The translations under genes were made by a program, and so were the position numbers. A DNA stretch of 64,000 bases from Euprymna scolopes. Its lineage: Eukaryota. The notes beneath the pieces were generated by a model, which was given only the letters and a program-made list of their open reading frames with translations, was not told the origin of the DNA and did no database searches. The DNA lies in assembly GCA_053919585.1 (NCBI GenBank), contig CM132815.1; one strand, written 5' to 3'. Below, piece after piece: positions 14,301-29,300 of this stretch. Position 1 is the stretch's first letter, and each line of letters begins with the position of its first letter.

Positions 14301-17300
14301 TGGAGTTAAATGGTAATTGGAGTAATCCTGAAAATTTCTCTATGTGTGTATAATATGGAGTTAAATGGTAATTGGAGTAATCCTGAAAATTTCTCTATGT
14401 GTGTATAATATGGAGTTAAATGGTAATTGGAGTAATCCTGAAAATTTCTCTATGTGTGTATAATATGGAGTTAAATGGTAATTGGAGTAATCCTGAAAAT
14501 TTCTCTATGTGTGTATAATATGGAGTTAAATGGTAATTGGAGTAATCCTGAAAATTTCTCTATGTGTGTATAATATGGAGTTAAATGGTAATTGGAGTAA
14601 TCCTGAAAATTTCTCTATGTGTGTATAATAGTGAGTTAAATGGTAATTGGAGTAATCCTGAAAATTTCTCTATGTGTGTATAATATGGAGTTAAATGGTA
14701 ATTGGAGTAATCCTGAAAATGTCTCTATGTGTGTATAATATGGAGTTAAATGGTAATTGGAGTAATCCTGAAAATTTCTCTATGTGTGTATAATATGGAG
14801 TTAAATGGTAATTGGAGTAATCCTGAAAATTTCTCTAGGTGTGTATAATATGGAGTTAAATGGTAATTGGAGTAATCCTGAAAATTTCTCTATGTGTGTA
14901 TAATATGGAGTTAAATGGTAATTTGAGTAATCCTGAAAATTTCTCTATGTGTGTATAATATGGAGTTAAATGGTAATTGGAGTAATCCTGAAAATTTCTC
15001 TATGTGTGTATAATATGGAGTTAAATGGTAATTGGAGCAATCCTGAAAATTTCTCTATGTGTGTATAATATGGAGTAAAATGGTAATTGGAGTAATCCTG
15101 AAAAGTTCTCTATGTGTGTATAATATGGAGTTAAATGGTAATTGGAGTAATATTGAAAATTTCTCTATGTGTGTATAATATGGAGTTAAATGGTAATTGG
15201 AGTAATCCTGAAAATTTCTCTATGTGTGTACAATATGGAGTTAAATGGTAATTGGAGTAATCCTGAAAATTTCTCTATGTGTGTATAATATTGAGTTAAA
15301 TGGTAATTGGAGTAATCCTGAAAATTTCTCTATGTGTGTATAATATGGAGTTAAATGGTAATTGGAGCAATCCTGAAAATTTCTCTATGTGTGTATAATA
15401 TGGAGTTAAATGGTAATTGGAGTAATCCTGAAAATTTCTCTATGTGTGTATAATATGGAGTTAAATGGTTATTGGAGTAATCCTGAAAATTTCTCTATGT
15501 GTGTATAATATGGAGTTAAATGGTAATTGGAGTAATCCTGAAAATTTCTCTATGTGTGTATAATAGTGAGTTAAATGGTAATTGGAGTAATCCTGAAAAT
15601 TTCTCTATGTGTGTATAATATGGAGTTAAATGGTAATTGGAGTAATCCTGAAAATGTCTCTATGTGTGTATAATATGGAGTTAAATGGTAATTGGAGTAA
15701 TCCTGAAAATTTCTCTATGTGTGTATAATATGGAGTTAAATGGTAATTGGAGTAGTCCTGAAAATTTCTCTATGTGTGTATAATATGGAGTTAAATGGTA
15801 ATTTAAGTAATCCTGAAAATTTCTCTATGTGTGTATAATATGGAGTTAAATGGTAATTGGAGTAATCCTGAAAATTTCTCTATGTGTGTATAATATGGAG
15901 TTAAATGGTAATTGGAGTAATCCTGAAAATTTCTCTATGTGTGTATAATATGGAGTTAAATGGTAATTGGAGTAATCCTGAAAATTTCTCTATGTGTGTA
16001 TAATATGGAGTTAAATGGTAATTTGAGTAATCCTGAAAATTTCTCTATGTGTGTATAATATGGAGTTAAATGGTAATTGGAGTAATCCTGAAAATTTCTC
16101 TATGTGTGTATAATATGGAGTTAAATGGTAATTGGAGTAATCCTGAAAATTTCTCTATGTGTGTATAATATGGAGTTAAATGGTAATTGGAGCAATCCTG
16201 AAAATTTCTCTATGTGTGTAAAATATGGAGTTAAATGGTAATTGGAGTAATCCTGAAAATTTCTCTATGTGTGAATAATATGGAGTTAAATGGTAATTGG
16301 AGTAATCCTGAAAATTTCTCTATGTGTGTATAATATGGAGTAAAATGGTAATTGGAGTAATCCTGAAAATAGCTCTATGTGTGTATAATATGGAGTTAAA
16401 TGGTAATTGGAGTAATATTGAAAATTTCTCTATGTGTGTATAATATGGAGTTAAATGGTAATTGGAGTAATCCTGAAAATTTCTCTATGTGTGTACAATA
16501 TGGAGTTAAATGGTAATTGGAGTAATCCTGAAAATTTCTCTATGTGTGTATAATATGGAGTTAAATGGTAATTGGAGTAATCCTGAAAATTTCTCTATGT
16601 GTGTATAATATGGAGTTAAATGGTTATTGGAGTAATCCTGAAAATTTCTCTATGTGTGTATAATATGGAGTTAAATGGTAATTGGAGTAATCCTGAAAAT
16701 TTCTCTATGTGTGTATAATAGTGAGTTAAATGGTAATTGGAGTAATCCTGAAAATTTCTCTATGTGTGTATAATATGGAGTTAAATGGTAATTGGAGTAA
16801 TCCTGAAAATGTCTCTATGTGTGTATAATATGGAGTTAAATGGTAATTGGAGTAATCCTGAAAATTTCTCTATGTGTGTATAATATGGAGTTAAATGGTA
16901 ATTGGAGTAATCCTGAAAATTTCTCTATGTGTGTATAATATGGAGTTAACTGGTAATTGAAGTAATCCTGAAAATTTCTCTATGTGTGTATAATATGGAG
17001 TTAAATGGTAATTGGAGTAATCCTGAAAATTTCTCTATGTGTGTATAATATGGAGTTAAATGGTAATTGGAGTAATCCTGAAAATTTCTCTATGTGTGTA
17101 TAATATGGAGTTAAATGGTAATTGGAGTAATCCTGAAAATTTCTCTATGTGTGTATAATATGGAGTTAAATGGTAATTTGAGTAATCCTGAAAATTTCTC
17201 TATGTGTGTATAATATGGAGTTAAATGGTAATTGGAGTAATCCTGAAAATTTCTCTATGTGTGTATAATATGGAGTTAAATGGTAATTGGAGTAATCCTG

Positions 17301-20300
17301 AAAATTTCTCTATGTGTGTATAATATGGAGTTAAATGGTAATTGGAGCAATCCTGAAAATTTCTCTATGTGTGTAAAATATGGAGTTAAATGGTAATTGG
17401 AGTAATCCTGAAAATTTCTCTATGTGTGAATAATATGGAGTTAAATGGTAATTGGAGTAATCCTGAAAATTTCTCTATGTGTGTATAATATGGAGTTAAA
17501 TGGTAATTGGAGCAATCCTGAAAATTTCTCTATGTGTGTATAATATGGAGTAAAATAGTAATTGGAGTAATCCTGAAAATTTCTCTATGTGTGTATAATA
17601 TGGAGTTAAATGGTAATTGGAGTAATATTGAAAATTTCTCTATGTGTGTATAATATGGAGTTAAATGGTAATTGGAGTAATCCTGAAAATTTCTCTATGT
17701 GTGTACAATATGGAGTTAAATGGTAATTGGAGTAATCCTGAAAATTTCTCTATGTGTGTATAATATTGAGTTAAATGGTAATTGGAGTAATCCTGAAAAT
17801 TTCTCTATGTGTGTATAATATGGAGTTAAATGGTAATTGGAGCAATCCTGAAAATTTCTCTATGTGTGTATAATATGGAGTTAAATGGTAATTGGAGTAA
17901 TCCTGAAAATTTCTCTATGTGTGTATAATATGGAGTTAAATGGTAATTGGAGCAATCCTGAAAATTTCTCTATGTGTGTATAATATGGAGTTAAATGGTA
18001 ATTGGAGCAATCCTGAAAATTTCTCTATGTGTGTATAATATGGAGTTAAATGGTAATTTGAGTAATCCTGAAAATTTCTCTATGTGTGTATAATATGGAG
18101 TTAAATGGTAATTGGAGCAATCCTGAAAATTTCTCTATGTGTGTATAATATGGAGTTAAATGGTAATTGGAGCAATCCTGAAAATTTCTCTATGTGTGTA
18201 TAATATGGAGTTAAATGGTAATTGGAGTAATCCTGAAAATTTCTCTATGTGTGTATAATATTGAGTTAAATGGTAATTGGAGTAATCCTGAAAATTTCTC
18301 TATGTGTGTATAATATGGAGTTAAATGGTAATTGGAATAATCCTGAAAATTTCTCTATGTGTGTATAATATGGAGTTAAATGGTAATTGGAGTAATCCTG
18401 AAAATTTCTCTATGTGTGTATAATATGGAGTTAAATGGTAATTGGAGTAATCCTGAAAATAGCTCTATGTGTGTATAATATGGAGTTAAATGGTAATTGG
18501 AGTAATCCTGAAAATTTCTCTATGTGTGTATAATATGGAGTTAAATGGTAATTTGAGTAATCCTGAAAATTTCTCTATGTGTGTATAATATGGAGTTAAA
18601 TGGTAATTGGAGTAATCCTTAAAATTTCTCTATGTGTGTATAATATGGAGTTAAATGGTAATTTGAGTAATCCTGAAAATTTCTCTATGTGTGTATAATA
18701 TGGAGTTAAATGGTAATTGGAGTAATCCTGAAAATTTCTCTATGTGTGTATAATATGGAGTTAAATGGTAATTGGAGTAATCCTGAAAATTTCTCTATGT
18801 GTGTATAATATGGAGTTAAATGGTAATTGGAGTAAGCCTGAAAATTTCTCTATGTGTGTATAATATGGAGTTAAATGGTAATTGGAGCAATCCTGAAAAT
18901 TTCTCTATGTGTGTATAATATGGAGTTAAATGGTAATTGGAGTAATCCTTAAAATTTCTCTATGTGTGTATAATATGGAGTTAAATAGTAATTGGAGTAA
19001 TCCTGAAAATTTCTCTATGTGTGTATAATATGGAGTTAAATGGTAATTGGAGTAATCCTGAAAATTTCTCTATGTGTATATAATATGGAGTTAAATGGTA
19101 ATTGGAGCAATCCTGAAAATTTCTCTATGTGTGTATAATATGGAGTTAAATGGTAATTGGAGTAATCCTGCAAATTTCTCTATGTGTGTATAATATGGAG
19201 TTAAATGGTAATTGGAGCAATCCTGAAAATTTCTCTATGTGTGTATAATATGGAGTTAAATGGTAATTGGAGTAATCCTGAAAATTTCTCTATGTGTGTA
19301 TAATAGTGAGTTAAATGGTAATTGGAGTAATCCTGAAAATTTCTCTATGTGTGTATAATATGGAGTTAAATGGTAATTGGAGTAATCCTGAAAATGTCTC
19401 TATGTGTGTATAATATGGAGTTAAATGGTAATTGGAGTAATCCTGAAAATTTCTCTATGTGTGTATAATATGGAGTTAAATGGTAATTGGAGTAATCCTG
19501 AAAATTTCTCTATGTGTGTATAATATGGAGTTAACTGGTAATTGAAGTAATCCTGAAAATTTCTCTATGTGTGTATAATATGGAGTTAAATGGTAATTGG
19601 AGTAATCCTGAAAATTTCTCTATGTGTGTATAATATGGAGTTAAATGGTAATTGGAGTAATCCTGAAAATTTCTCTATGTGTGTATAATATGGAGTTAAA
19701 TGGTAATTGGAGTAATCCTGAAAATTTCTCTATGTGTGTATAATATGGAGTTAAATGGTAATTGGAGTAATCCTGAAAATTTCTCTATGTGTGTATAATA
19801 TGGAGTTAAATGGTAATTGGAGTAATCCTGAAAATTTCTCTATGTGTGTATAATATGGAGTTAAATGGTAATTGGAGTAATCCTGAAAATTTCTCTATGT
19901 GTGTATAATATGGAGTTAAATGGTAATTGGAGCAATCCTGAAAATTTCTCTATGTGTGTAAAATATGGAGTTAAATGGTAATTGGAGTAATCCTGAAAAT
20001 TTCTCTATGTGTGAATAATATGGAGTTAAATGGTAATTGGAGTAATCCTGAAAATTTCTCTATGTGTGTATAATATGGAGTTAAATGGTAATTGGAGCAA
20101 TCCTGAAAATTTCTCTATGTGTGTATAATATGGAGTAAAATAGTAATTGGAGTAATCCTGAAAATTTCTCTATGTGTGTATAATATGGAGTTAAATGGTA
20201 ATTGGAGTAATATTGAAAATTTCTCTATGTGTGTATAATATGGAGTTAAATGGTAATTGGAGTAATCCTGAAAATTTCTCTATGTGTGTACAATATGGAG

Positions 20301-23300
20301 TTAAATGGTAATTGGAGTAATCCTGAAAATTTCTCTATGTGTGTATAATATGGAGTTAAATGGTAATTGGAGTAATCCTGAAAATTTCTCTATGTGTGTA
20401 TAATATTGAGTTAAATGGTAATTGGAGTAATCCTGAAAATTTCTCTATGTGTGTATAATATGGAGTTAAATGGTAATTGGAATAATCCTGAAAATTTCTC
20501 TATGTGTGTATAATATGGAGTTAAATGGTAATTGGAGTAATCCTGAAAATTTCTCTATGTGTGTATAATATGGAGTTAAATGGTAATTGGAGTAATCCTG
20601 AAAATAGCTCTATGTGTGTATAATATGGAGTTAAATGGTAATTGGAGTAATCCTGAAAATTTCTCTATGTGTGTATAATATGGAGTTAAATGGTAATTTG
20701 AGTAATCCTGAAAATTTCTCTATGTGTGTATAATATGGAGTTAAATGGTAATTGGAGTAATCCTTAAAATTTCTCTATGTGTGTATAATATGGAGTTAAA
20801 TGGTAATTTGAGTAATCCTGAAAATTTCTCTATGTGTGTATAATATGGAGTTAAATGGTAATTGGAGTAATCCTGAAAATTTCTCTATGTGTGTATAATA
20901 TGGAGTTAAATGGTAATTGGAGTAATCCTGAAAATTTCTCTATGTGTGTATAATATGGAGTTAAATGGTAATTGGAGTAATCCTGAAAATTTCTCTATGT
21001 GTGTATAATATGGAGTTAAATGGTAATTGGAGCAATCCTGAAAATTTCTCTATGTGTGTATAATATGGAGTTAAATGGTAATTGGAGTAATCCTTAAAAT
21101 TTCTCTATGTGTGTATAATATGGAGTTAAATAGTAATTGGAGTAATCCTGAAAATTTCTCTATGTGTGTATAATATGGAGTTAAATGGTAATTGGAGTAA
21201 TCCTGAAAATTTCTCTATGTGTATATAATATGGAGTTAAATGGTAATTGGAGCAATCCTGAAAATTTCTCTATGTGTGTATAATATGGAGTTAAATGGTA
21301 ATTGGAGTAATCCTGCAAATTTCTCTATGTGTGTATAATATGGAGTTAAATGGTAATTGGAGCAATCCTGAAAATTTCTCTATGTGTGTATAATATGGAG
21401 TTAAATGGTAATTGGAGCAATCCTTAAAATTTCTCTATGTGTGTATAATATGGAGTTAAATGGTAATTGGAGTAATCCTGAAAATTGCTCTATGTGTGTA
21501 TAATATGGAGTTAAATGGTAATTGGAGTAATCCTGAAAATTTCTCTATGTGTGTATAATATGGAGTTAAATGGTTATTGGAGTAATCCTTAAAATTTCTC
21601 TATGTGTATATAATATGGAGTTAAATGGTAATTGGAGCAGTCCTGAAAATTTCTCTATGTGTGTATAATATGGAGTTAAATGGTAATTGGAGCAATCCTG
21701 AAAATTTCTCTATGTGTGTATAATATGGAGTTAAATGGTAATTGGAGCAATCCTTAAAATTTCTCTATGTGTGTATAATATGGAGTTAAATGGTAATTGG
21801 AGTAATCCTGAAAATTGCTCTATGTGTGTATAATATGGAGTTAAATGGTAATTGGAGTAATCCTGAAAATTTCTCTATGTGTGTATAATATGGAGTTAAA
21901 TGGTTATTGGAGTAATCCTTAAAATTTCTCTATGTGTATATAATATGGAGTTAAATGGTAATTGGAGCAGTCCTGAAAATTTCTCTATGTGTGTATAATA
22001 TGGAGTTAAATGGTAATTGGAGCAATCCTGAAAATTTCTCTATGTGTGTATAATATGGAGTTAAATGGTAATTGGAGCAATCCTGAAAATTTCTCTATGT
22101 GTGTATAATATGGAGTTAAATGGTAATTGGAGCAATCCTGAAAATTTCTCTATGTGTGTATAATATGGAGTTAAATGGTAATTGGAGCAATCCTGAAAAT
22201 TTCTCTATGTGTATATAATATGGAGTTAAATGGTAATTGGAGCAATCCTGAAAATTTCTCTATGTGTGTATAATATGGAGTTAAATGGTAATTGGAGTAA
22301 TCCTGAAAATTTCTCTATGTGTGTATAATATGGAGTTAAATGGTAATTGGAGTAATCCTGAAAATTTCTCTATGTGTGTATAATATGGAGTTAAATGGTA
22401 ATTGGAGTAATCCTGAAAATTTCTCTATGTGTGTATAATATGGAGTTAAATGGTAATTTGAGTAATCCTGAAAATTTCTCTATGTGTGTATAATATGGAG
22501 TTAAATGGTAATTGGAGTAATCCTGAAAATTTCTCTATGTGTGTATAATATGGAGTTAAATGGTAATTGGAGTAATCCTGAAAATTTCTCTATGTGTGTA
22601 TAATATGGAGTTAAATGGTAATTGGAGCAATCCTGAAAATTTCTCTATGTGTGTAAAATATGGAGTTAAATGGTAATTGGAGTAATCCTGAAAATTTCTC
22701 TATGTGTGAATAATATGGAGTTAAATGGTAATTGGAGTAATCCTGAAAATTTCTCTATGTGTGTATAATATGGAGTTAAATGGTAATTGGAGCAATCCTG
22801 AAAATTTCTCTATGTGTGTATAATATGGAGTAAAATAGTAATTGGAGTAATCCTGAAAATTTCTCTATGTGTGTATAATATGGAGTTAAATGGTAATTGG
22901 AGTAATATTGAAAATTTCTCTATGTGTGTATAATATGGAGTTAAATGGTAATTGGAGTAATCCTGAAAATTTCTCTATGTGTGTACAATATGGAGTTAAA
23001 TGGTAATTGGAGTAATCCTGAAAATTTCTCTATGTGTGTATAATATTGAGTTAAATGGTAATTGGAGTAATCCTGAAAATTTCTCTATGTGTGTATAATA
23101 TGGAGTTAAATGGTAATTGGAGCAATCCTGAAAATTTCTCTATGTGTGTATAATATGGAGTTAAATGGTAATTGGAGTAATCCTGAAAATTTCTCTATGT
23201 GTGTATAATATGGAGTTAAATGGTAATTGGAGCAATCCTGAAAATTTCTCTATGTGTGTATAATATGGAGTTAAATGGTAATTGGAGCAATCCTGAAAAT

Positions 23301-26300
23301 TTCTCTATGTGTGTATAATATGGAGTTAAATGGTAATTTGAGTAATCCTGAAAATTTCTCTATGTGTGTATAATATGGAGTTAAATGGTAATTGGAGCAA
23401 TCCTGAAAATTTCTCTATGTGTGTATAATATGGAGTTAAATGGTAATTGGAGCAATCCTGAAAATTTCTCTATGTGTGTATAATATGGAGTTAAATGGTA
23501 ATTGGAGTAATCCTGAAAATTTCTCTATGTGTGTATAATATTGAGTTAAATGGTAATTGGAGTAATCCTGAAAATTTCTCTATGTGTGTATAATATGGAG
23601 TTAAATGGTAATTGGAATAATCCTGAAAATTTCTCTATGTGTGTATAATATGGAGTTAAATGGTAATTGGAGTAATCCTGAAAATTTCTCTATGTGTGTA
23701 TAATATGGAGTTAAATGGTAATTGGAGTAATCCTGAAAATAGCTCTATGTGTGTATAATATGGAGTTAAATGGTAATTGGAGTAATCCTGAAAATTTCTC
23801 TATGTGTGTATAATATGGAGTTAAATGGTAATTTGAGTAATCCTGAAAATTTCTCTATGTGTGTATAATATGGAGTTAAATGGTAATTGGAGTAATCCTT
23901 AAAATTTCTCTATGTGTGTATAATATGGAGTTAAATGGTAATTTGAGTAATCCTGAAAATTTCTCTATGTGTGTATAATATGGAGTTAAATGGTAATTGG
24001 AGTAATCCTGAAAATTTCTCTATGTGTGTATAATATGGAGTTAAATGGTAATTGGAGTAATCCTGAAAATTTCTCTATGTGTGTATAATATGGAGTTAAA
24101 TGGTAATTGGAGTAATCCTGAAAATTTCTCTATGTGTGTATAATATGGAGTTAAATGGTAATTGGAGCAATCCTGAAAATTTCTCTATGTGTGTATAATA
24201 TGGAGTTAAATGGTAATTGGAGTAATCCTTAAAATTTCTCTATGTGTGTATAATATGGAGTTAAATAGTAATTGGAGTAATCCTGAAAATTTCTCTATGT
24301 GTGTATAATATGGAGTTAAATGGTAATTGGAGTAATCCTGAAAATTTCTCTATGTGTATATAATATGGAGTTAAATGGTAATTGGAGCAATCCTGAAAAT
24401 TTCTCTATGTGTGTATAATATGGAGTTAAATGGTAATTGGAGTAATCCTGCAAATTTCTCTATGTGTGTATAATATGGAGTTAAATGGTAATTGGAGCAA
24501 TCCTGAAAATTTCTCTATGTGTGTATAATATGGAGTTAAATGGTAATTGGAGCAATCCTTAAAATTTCTCTATGTGTGTATAATATGGAGTTAAATGGTA
24601 ATTGGAGTAATCCTGAAAATTGCTCTATGTGTGTATAATATGGAGTTAAATGGTAATTGGAGTAATCCTGAAAATTTCTCTATGTGTGTATAATATGGAG
24701 TTAAATGGTTATTGGAGTAATCCTTAAAATTTCTCTATGTGTATATAATATGGAGTTAAATGGTAATTGGAGCAGTCCTGAAAATTTCTCTATGTGTGTA
24801 TAATATGGAGTTAAATGGTAATTGGAGCAATCCTGAAAATTTCTCTATGTGTGTATAATATGGAGTTAAATGGTAATTGGAGCAATCCTGAAAATTTCTC
24901 TATGTGTGTATAATATGGAGTTAAATGGTAATTGGAGCAATCCTGAAAATTTCTCTATGTGTGTATAATATGGAGTTAAATGGTAATTGGAGCAATCCTG
25001 AAAATTTCTCTATGTGTATATAATATGGAGTTAAATGGTAATTGGAGCAATCCTGAAAATTTCTCTATGTGTGTATAATATGGAGTTAAATGGTAATTGG
25101 AGTAATCCTGAAAATTTCTCTGTGTGTATAATATGGAGTTAAATGGTAATTGGAGCAATCCTGAAAATTTCTCTATGTGTATATAATATTGAGTTAAATG
25201 GTAATTGGAGCAATCCTGAAAATTTCTCTATGTGTGTATAATATGGAGTTAAATGGTAATTGGAGCAATCCTGAAAATTTCTCTATGTGTGTATAATATG
25301 GAGTAAAATAGTAATTGGAGTAATCCTGAAAATTTCTCTATGTGTGTATAATATGGAGTTAAATGGTAATTGGAGTAATATTGAAAATTTCTCTATGTGT
25401 GTATAATATGGAGTTAAATGGTAATTGGAGTAATCCTGAAAATTTCTCTATGTGTGTACAATATGGAGTTAAATGGTAATTGGAGTAATCCTGAAAATTT
25501 CTCTATGTGTGTATAATATTGAGTTAAATGGTAATTGGAGTAATCCTGAAAATTTCTCTATGTGTGTATAATGTGGAGTTAAATGGTAATTGGAGCAATC
25601 CTGAAAATTTCTCTATGTGTGTATAATATGGAGTTAAATGGTAATTGGAGTAATCCTGAAAATTTCTCTATGTGTGTATAATATGGAGTTAAATGGTAAT
25701 TGGAGCAATCCTGAAAATTTCTCTATGTGTGTATAATATGGAGTTAAATGGTAATTGGAGCAATCCTGAAAATTTCTCTATGTGTGTATAATATGGAGTT
25801 AAATGGTAATTTGAGTAATCCTGAAAATTTCTCTATGTGTGTATAATATGGAGTTAAATGGTAATTGGAGCAATCCTGAAAATTTCTCTATGTGTGTATA
25901 ATATGGAGTTAAATGGTAATTGGAGCAATCCTGAAAATTTCTCTATGTGTGTATAATATGGAGTTAAATGGTAATTGGAGTAATCCTGAAAATTTCTCTA
26001 TGTGTGTATAATATTGAGTTAAATGGTAATTGGAGTAATCCTGAAAATTTCTCTATGTGTGTATAATATGGAGTTAAATGGTAATTGGAATAATCCTGAA
26101 AATTTCTCTATGTGTGTATAATATGGAGTTAAATGGTAATTGGAGTAATCCTGAAAATTTCTCTATGTGTGTATAATATGGAGTTAAATGGTAATTGGAG
26201 TAATCCTGAAAATAGCTCTATGTGTGTATAATATGGAGTTAAATGGTAATTGGAGTAATCCTGAAAATTTCTCTATGTGTGTATAATATGGAGTTAAATG

Positions 26301-29300
26301 GTAATTTGAGTAATCCTGAAAATTTCTCTATGTGTGTATAATATGGAGTTAAATGGTAATTGGAGTAATCCTTAAAATTTCTCTATGTGTGTATAATATG
26401 GAGTTAAATGGTAATTTGAGTAATCCTGAAAATTTCTCTATGTGTGTATAATATGGAGTTAAATGGTAATTGGAGTAATCCTGAAAATTTCTCTATGTGT
26501 GTATAATATGGAGTTAAATGGTAATTGGAGTAATCCTGAAAATTTCTCTATGTGTGTATAATATGGAGTTAAATGGTAATTGGAGTAATCCTGAAAATTT
26601 CTCTATGTGTGTATAATATGGAGTTAAATGGTAATTGGAGCAATCCTGAAAATTTCTCTATGTGTGTATAATATGGAGTTAAATGGTAATTGGAGTAATC
26701 CTTAAAATTTCTCTATGTGTGTATAATATGGAGTTAAATAGTAATTGGAGTAATCCTGAAAATTTCTCTATGTGTGTATAATATGGAGTTAAATGGTAAT
26801 TGGAGTAATCCTGAAAATTTCTCTATGTGTATATAATATGGAGTTAAATGGTAATTGGAGCAATCCTGAAAATTTCTCTATGTGTGTATAATATGGAGTT
26901 AAATGGTAATTGGAGTAATCCTGCAAATTTCTCTATGTGTGTATAATATGGAGTTAAATGGTAATTGGAGCAATCCTGAAAATTTCTCTATGTGTGTATA
27001 ATATGGAGTTAAATGGTAATTGGAGCAATCCTTAAAATTTCTCTATGTGTGTATAATATGGAGTTAAATGGTAATTGGAGTAATCCTGAAAATTGCTCTA
27101 TGTGTGTATAATATGGAGTTAAATGGTAATTGGAGTAATCCTGAAAATTTCTCTATGTGTGTATAATATGGAGTTAAATGGTTATTGGAGTAATCCTTAA
27201 AATTTCTCTATGTGTATATAATATGGAGTTAAATGGTAATTGGAGCAGTCCTGAAAATTTCTCTATGTGTGTATAATATGGAGTTAAATGGTAATTGGAG
27301 CAATCCTGAAAATTTCTCTATGTGTGTATAATATGGAGTTAAATGGTAATTGGAGCAATCCTGAAAATTTCTCTATGTGTGTATAATATGGAGTTAAATG
27401 GTAATTGGAGCAATCCTGAAAATTTCTCTATGTGTGTATAATATGGAGTTAAATGGTAATTGGAGCAATCCTGAAAATTTCTCTATGTGTATATAATATG
27501 GAGTTAAATGGTAATTGGAGCAATCCTGAAAATTTCTCTATGTGTGTATAATATGGAGTTAAATGGTAATTGGAGTAATCCTGAAAATTTCTCTGTGTGT
27601 ATAATATGGAGTTAAATGGTAATTGGAGCAATCCTGAAAATTTCTCTATGTGTATATAATATTGAGTTAAATGGTAATTGGAGCAATCCTGAAAATTTCT
27701 CTATGTGTGTATAATATGGAGTTAAATGGTAATTGGAGCAATCCTGAAAATTTCTCTATGTGTGTATAATATGGAGTTAAATGGTAATTGGAGCAGTCCT
27801 GAAAATTTCTCTATGTGTGTATAATATGGAGTTAAATGGTAATTGGAGCAATCCTGAAAATTTCTCTATGTGTATATAATATGGAGTTAAATGGTAATTG
27901 GAGCAATCCTGAAAATTTCTCTATGTGTGTATAATATGGAGTTAAATGGTAATTGGAGCAATCCTGAAAATTTCTCTATGTGTATATAATATGGAGTTTA
28001 ATGGTAATTGGAGTAATCCTGAAAATTTCTCTATGTGTGTATAATATGGAGTTAAATGGTAATTGGAGCAATCCTGAAAATTTCTCTATGTGTATATAAT
28101 ATGGAGTAAAATGGTAATTGGAGTAATCCTGAAAATTTCTCTATGTGTGTATAATATGGAGTTAAATGGTAATTGGAGCAATCCTGAAAACTTCTCTATG
28201 TGTATATAATATGGAGTTAAATGGTAATTGGAGCAATCCTGAAAATTTCTCTATGTGTGTATAATATGGAGTTAAATGGTAATTGGAGTAATCCTGAAAA
28301 TTTCTCTATGTGTGTATAATATGGAGTTAAATGGTAATTGGAGTAATCCTGAAAATTTCTCTATGTGTGTATAATATTGAGTTAAATGGTAATTGGAGTA
28401 ATCCTGAAAATTTCTCTATGTGTGTATAATATGGAGTTAAATGGTAATTGGAATAATCCTGAAAATTTCTCTATGTGTGTATAATATGGAGTTAAATGGT
28501 AATTGGAGTAATCCTGAAAATTTCTCTATGTGTGTATAATATGGAGTTAAATGGTAATTGGAGTAATCCTGAAAATTTCTCTATGTGTGTATAATATGGA
28601 GTTAAATGGTAATTGGAGTAATCCTGAAAATTTCTCTATGTGTGTATAATATGGAGTTAAATGGTAATTGGAGTAATCCTGAAAATTTCTCTATGTGTGT
28701 ATAATATGGAGTTAAATGGTAATTGGAGTAATCCTGAAAATTTCTCTATGTGTGTATAATATGGAGTTAAATGGTAATTGGAGTAATCCTGAAAATTTCT
28801 CTATGTGTGTATAATATGGAGTTAAATGGTAATTGGAGTAATCCTGAAAATTTCTCTATGTGTGTATAATATGGAGTTAAATGGTAATTGGAGTAATCCT
28901 GAAAATTTCTCTATGTGTGTATAATATGGAGTTAAATGGTAATTGGAGTAATCCTGAAAATTTCTCTATGTGTGTATAATAGTGAGTTAAATGGTAATTG
29001 GAGTAATCCTGAAAATTTCTCTATGTGTGTATAATATGGAGTTAAATGGTAATTGGAGTAATCCTGAAAATGTCTCTATGTGTGTATAATATGGAGTTAA
29101 ATGGTAATTGGAGTAATCCTGAAAATTTCTCTATGTGTGTATAATATGGAGTTAAATGGTAATTGGAGTAATCCTGAAAATTTCTCTAGGTGTGTATAAT
29201 ATGGAGTTAAATGGTAATTGGAGTAATCCTGAAAATTTCTCTATGTGTGTATAATATGGAGTTAAATGGTAATTTGAGTAATCCTGAAAATTTCTCTATG